DNA of 64,000 bases from Nitrospirota bacterium. GTDB lineage: Bacteria > Nitrospirota > Nitrospiria > Nitrospirales > Nitrospiraceae. The position numbers and the translations under genes are program-made. The first letter of the stretch is position 1. Each line of letters starts with the position of its first letter. Of the stretch, positions 61,241-64,000 are shown piece after piece. The notes under the pieces are model-generated. The model was not told the origin of the DNA, made no database searches, and saw nothing but the letters and a program-made list of their open reading frames with translations. The stretch is taken from assembly GCA_963703955.1 (NCBI GenBank), contig CAVPGK010000010.1:224001-288000 (forward strand). Reading direction: 5' to 3'.

Positions 61241-62813
61241 TCAGCAGATCGCCAAATCAGGAAATTCACTCAGGCCTTTCCCCCGCTTGGCGTAGAAAGC
61301 CCGCACGGTCTCGATGGTGTCGGCTTGTTCGGGCGTCTTGTCCGGGCGATACCGTTTGACTCGCGCGAATCGCAGCGCGAGCCCTCCGGGGTAGTGCGGG
61401 CTTGCCTGGATGTCAGTTGAATGCGATCTCCACGACCAATTCGGGGCGAATGTGCACGGTGTAGGCGTCCCGCGCGATTTCGAGTTCCTTGAACTTGTGC
61501 GTCTGCCATTCCAGCATTGCGTCGGTCATGCCCTTGAACGTTTTCCCGAGCATGACAAACCCGCCGGTTGCGGCGTCTCGCGCGCCCAGATGTAGATTGC
61601 TCAGCCAACCCTGTCGGCGGCCGTTGCCCCACTCGGCGGCCAAGACCACCAAGTCCAGTGTATGGGCGCGCTTGATCTTGAGCCAGGCGCTCCCGCGCCG
61701 ACCTGCTTGGTAGGGCGCATCCAGTGCCTTCGCCATGACGCCCTCATGCCCACGGCTCAGGGCCTCGCGCAGAAACGCGTCGGCCTCAGTCATGTCCATC
61801 GTGACCAACCGTGGAGTCACCGACGCGGCGGGCACGACCGTCTGCAGAGTCGTTACACGTTCCTGCGCGGTCCGATCGATAAGATCCTCACCCTCCAGAT
61901 GAAGGCAGTCGAAGAAGAACGGCATGAGCGGCAGCGTCGCACGCATCTGCGCCACGTCGAGTTTGCGACCAAATCGCCGCATGGTCACCTGAAAGGGATG
62001 GGGAATCCCATCAGGTCGGAACGCCAGAGCTTCGCCGTCCAGGACGAACGCGCGAGCGGGGAGCCGCTGCGCGGCTTCGACAATCTCAGGCACGGCGGCC
62101 GTCACGTCGTTGAGCATGCGGGTAAAGACCTTCACCTCGGCTCCCACCTTATGGACTTGCACCCTCGCGCCGTCCATCTTGTATTCAAACGCGGCTTCAT
62201 TCAGTTGATTCAGGGCGTCGGCGATATCGTCTGCCGGTTGAGCCAGCATGGGCTGGATCGGTTGCAGAAGTTCCAGCGCGAAGCTTTTGAGACCTGCAAG
62301 ACCTTCCGTCAAGGCGGCTTTGGCTACCGCAGCCAGATCGCCGGCGAGCATCAACGCTCGCCGCACGTCTGAAACCGGCACTTCCGCTGCCCGCGCGACG
62401 GCCTCAACCATGAGTCCTTCAAGCGCGCCTTGACGTAGGTCTCCCAGCGCGAGCCGGGCCAGGAAACGCTGTTCGTCCCGGGTTGCTTTTGACAGCAATG
62501 CTCCTAACAGGCGACGTCGTTCAGTCGTCGAGCGGGCCCCTGTCGTGCGGGCAATGTGGTCAAATGCCTCATCGACCTGAACGAGCGTGAGGGAGGCCTC
62601 CTGCGGCGCGCCAGCGGGAGAAACGGCGTCCAGCATGGCCGGCCCGATCCCCACGTTTCCCTGACGCAGCCGTCCTGCCAGGTAGTTCACGCCGATGACG
62701 ATTTCGTTAGACGAGAGTCGGCGAAGACACGCGCTCAGATACCCGATCTTTTCAAGTCGGCCTTGGGTCTGGGCAATCCTTTGGGATGTACGGACAAGCT
62801 CGAAGAGGAGCAT
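61241..62813 (-). CDS. ATP-dependent DNA ligase; 1-nt insertion near 61415 creates an early stop
   Basis: [27 protein letters not shown]; corrected C-terminus [26 protein letters not shown]. Confidence 0.92.
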
Positions 62814-62954
62814 GGTTCGCTCGGATGGCCCCAGTCGATCACATTCTCGCCTGTCTTGGCAAACATGGCCGGGTTACAGCCGAAGCCGGAGGTCTTTTTT
62901 GACATCCAGCACCGGCCTCTGGTGAACCCGCCACGCTATGGGTAGACTGCATGC

Positions 62955-64000
62955 ATGACTGATGGCGGATTACTTCGCGGTCATTCGATCATCGTCGTGG
63001 GGGCAGGACTGGCGGGGCTAGCGGCCGCCGTCGATCTCCGTGAGAATGGCGCACGGGTGATCGTGTTCGAGGCGCGCGACCGGATCGGGGGACGCGTGTG
63101 GACGCTGCGTGACGGCTTTGTCGCGGGGCAGCATGCCGAGGCCGGCGGCGATCTCATCGAAGAAGGGCAGGAGGAAATCCGACGGCTGGCCGTCAAGCTC
63201 GGGCTTGAGCTGGCCCCCATCCTCCGGCGAGGGTTCTCCTTTGTTGGGCGTGGTCCCGACGGTCGCCCACGCCCACGTATCGGGCCGGGCGGCGGACCGT
63301 GGAAAAAGCTCAGCGAGCTGCTCGAGTCATGGGTCCGGGACTTTTGTTTGGCCGAACAGCAATGGGACAGCGTGATTGCAAAAACCCTGGCTCAGGTTTC
63401 TGTGGCGGAGTGGCTCGATCAGGTAAAGGCCGGCGGGGAATTGCGCGCGCGCGTGTTGGGCTTGAGAGGGTTCTTCCTGGCCGATCCACGCGATCTCTCA
63501 TTACTGGCGCTCGTGGATCAATTGGCCTCCGAGGTCCCCGGACGCGGAAGGATGCACCGGATCAAAGGCGGCAACGATCGGCTCGTATCGGGCCTGGCTG
63601 CCATCCTCGGCGCCCGCGTGCACCGACGGACAGAGTTGCTCGGAGTCTCGCAGACACCCGATACGGTACGGGCAACTGTTCGCTCGACCGACGGTGCGCA
63701 GAGCCTGATGACCGCGGATTATGTGATCCTCACCCTTCCGGCAACCACATTGCGAGATATTGCCTTTGAGCCGCCGCTGCCGCCGCGACAGCGCGAGGCC
63801 ATCCGGCAACTGCGGTACGGTCGCGCGACCAGAACCCTGTTGCAGTTCAAGCGCCGGTTCTGGCGGAAGGGCGGGTGGCCGAAGGCCTTCGGGACAATGC
63901 TCCCGATCGGCGCACTCTGGGACGGCAATGAGGAACAGCCCGGCAGGGAAGGTATCCTGTCGCTGCTCGCCGGGGGATCAGCAAGCGAAGAGACGAGGGT
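62955..64000 (+). CDS. Flavin monoamine oxidase family FAD-dependent oxidoreductase; partial, runs off the window
   Basis: Manual translation IVVGAGLAGLAAA...FEARDRIGGRVWT...EAGGD, GGND.L, F..RFW. Confidence 0.92.
   Translation, partial: MTDGGLLRGHSIIVVGAGLAGLAAAVDLRENGARVIVFEARDRIGGRVWTLRDGFVAGQHAEAGGDLIEEGQEEIRRLAVKLGLELAPILRRGFSFVGRGPDGRPRPRIGPGGGPWKKLSELLESWVRDFCLAEQQWDSVIAKTLAQVSVAEWLDQVKAGGELRARVLGLRGFFLADPRDLSLLALVDQLASEVPGRGRMHRIKGGNDRLVSGLAAILGARVHRRTELLGVSQTPDTVRATVRSTDGAQSLMTADYVILTLPATTLRDIAFEPPLPPRQREAIRQLRYGRATRTLLQFKRRFWRKGGWPKAFGTMLPIGALWDGNEEQPGREGILSLLAGGSASEETR

Overview
A 64 kb GC-rich bacterial chromosome segment. Gene content and intergenic repeats suggest Nitrospira/Nitrospirota (inference). 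The housekeeping backbone includes thiamine salvage (thiY-like, tenA, thiD), sthA, tpx, a two-subunit pyruvate/2-oxoacid carboxylase, a trpD-C-F-B-A cluster interrupted by extra genes, lolD-lolC/E-lysS-prfB-lnt, and an ATP-dependent DNA ligase. Accessory material includes a YukJ/LTD + phospholipase-D-like gene pair, an FRG gene, a methyltransferase + asparagine-synthetase-like pair, two toxin-antitoxin loci, an IS481-family element, a 2.8 kb decayed island bounded by a perfect 15-bp direct repeat, and several MITE-like palindromic repeats, one of them in-frame inside a gene. The best candidate for an undescribed system is the translationally coupled operon at 13.9-19.1 kb: a large protein with glutamate-cysteine-ligase-like motifs, a phosphatidylserine-decarboxylase-like enzyme, a divergent Lgt-like transferase and a TPR protein, preceded by 11-bp-periodic direct repeats. 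It may be an aminolipid or lipid-remodelling pathway. Many single-base frameshifts, including in lysS and prfB, indicate assembly indel errors, so pseudogene calls here are unreliable. All family calls are from motif recognition by eye; no searches were run.
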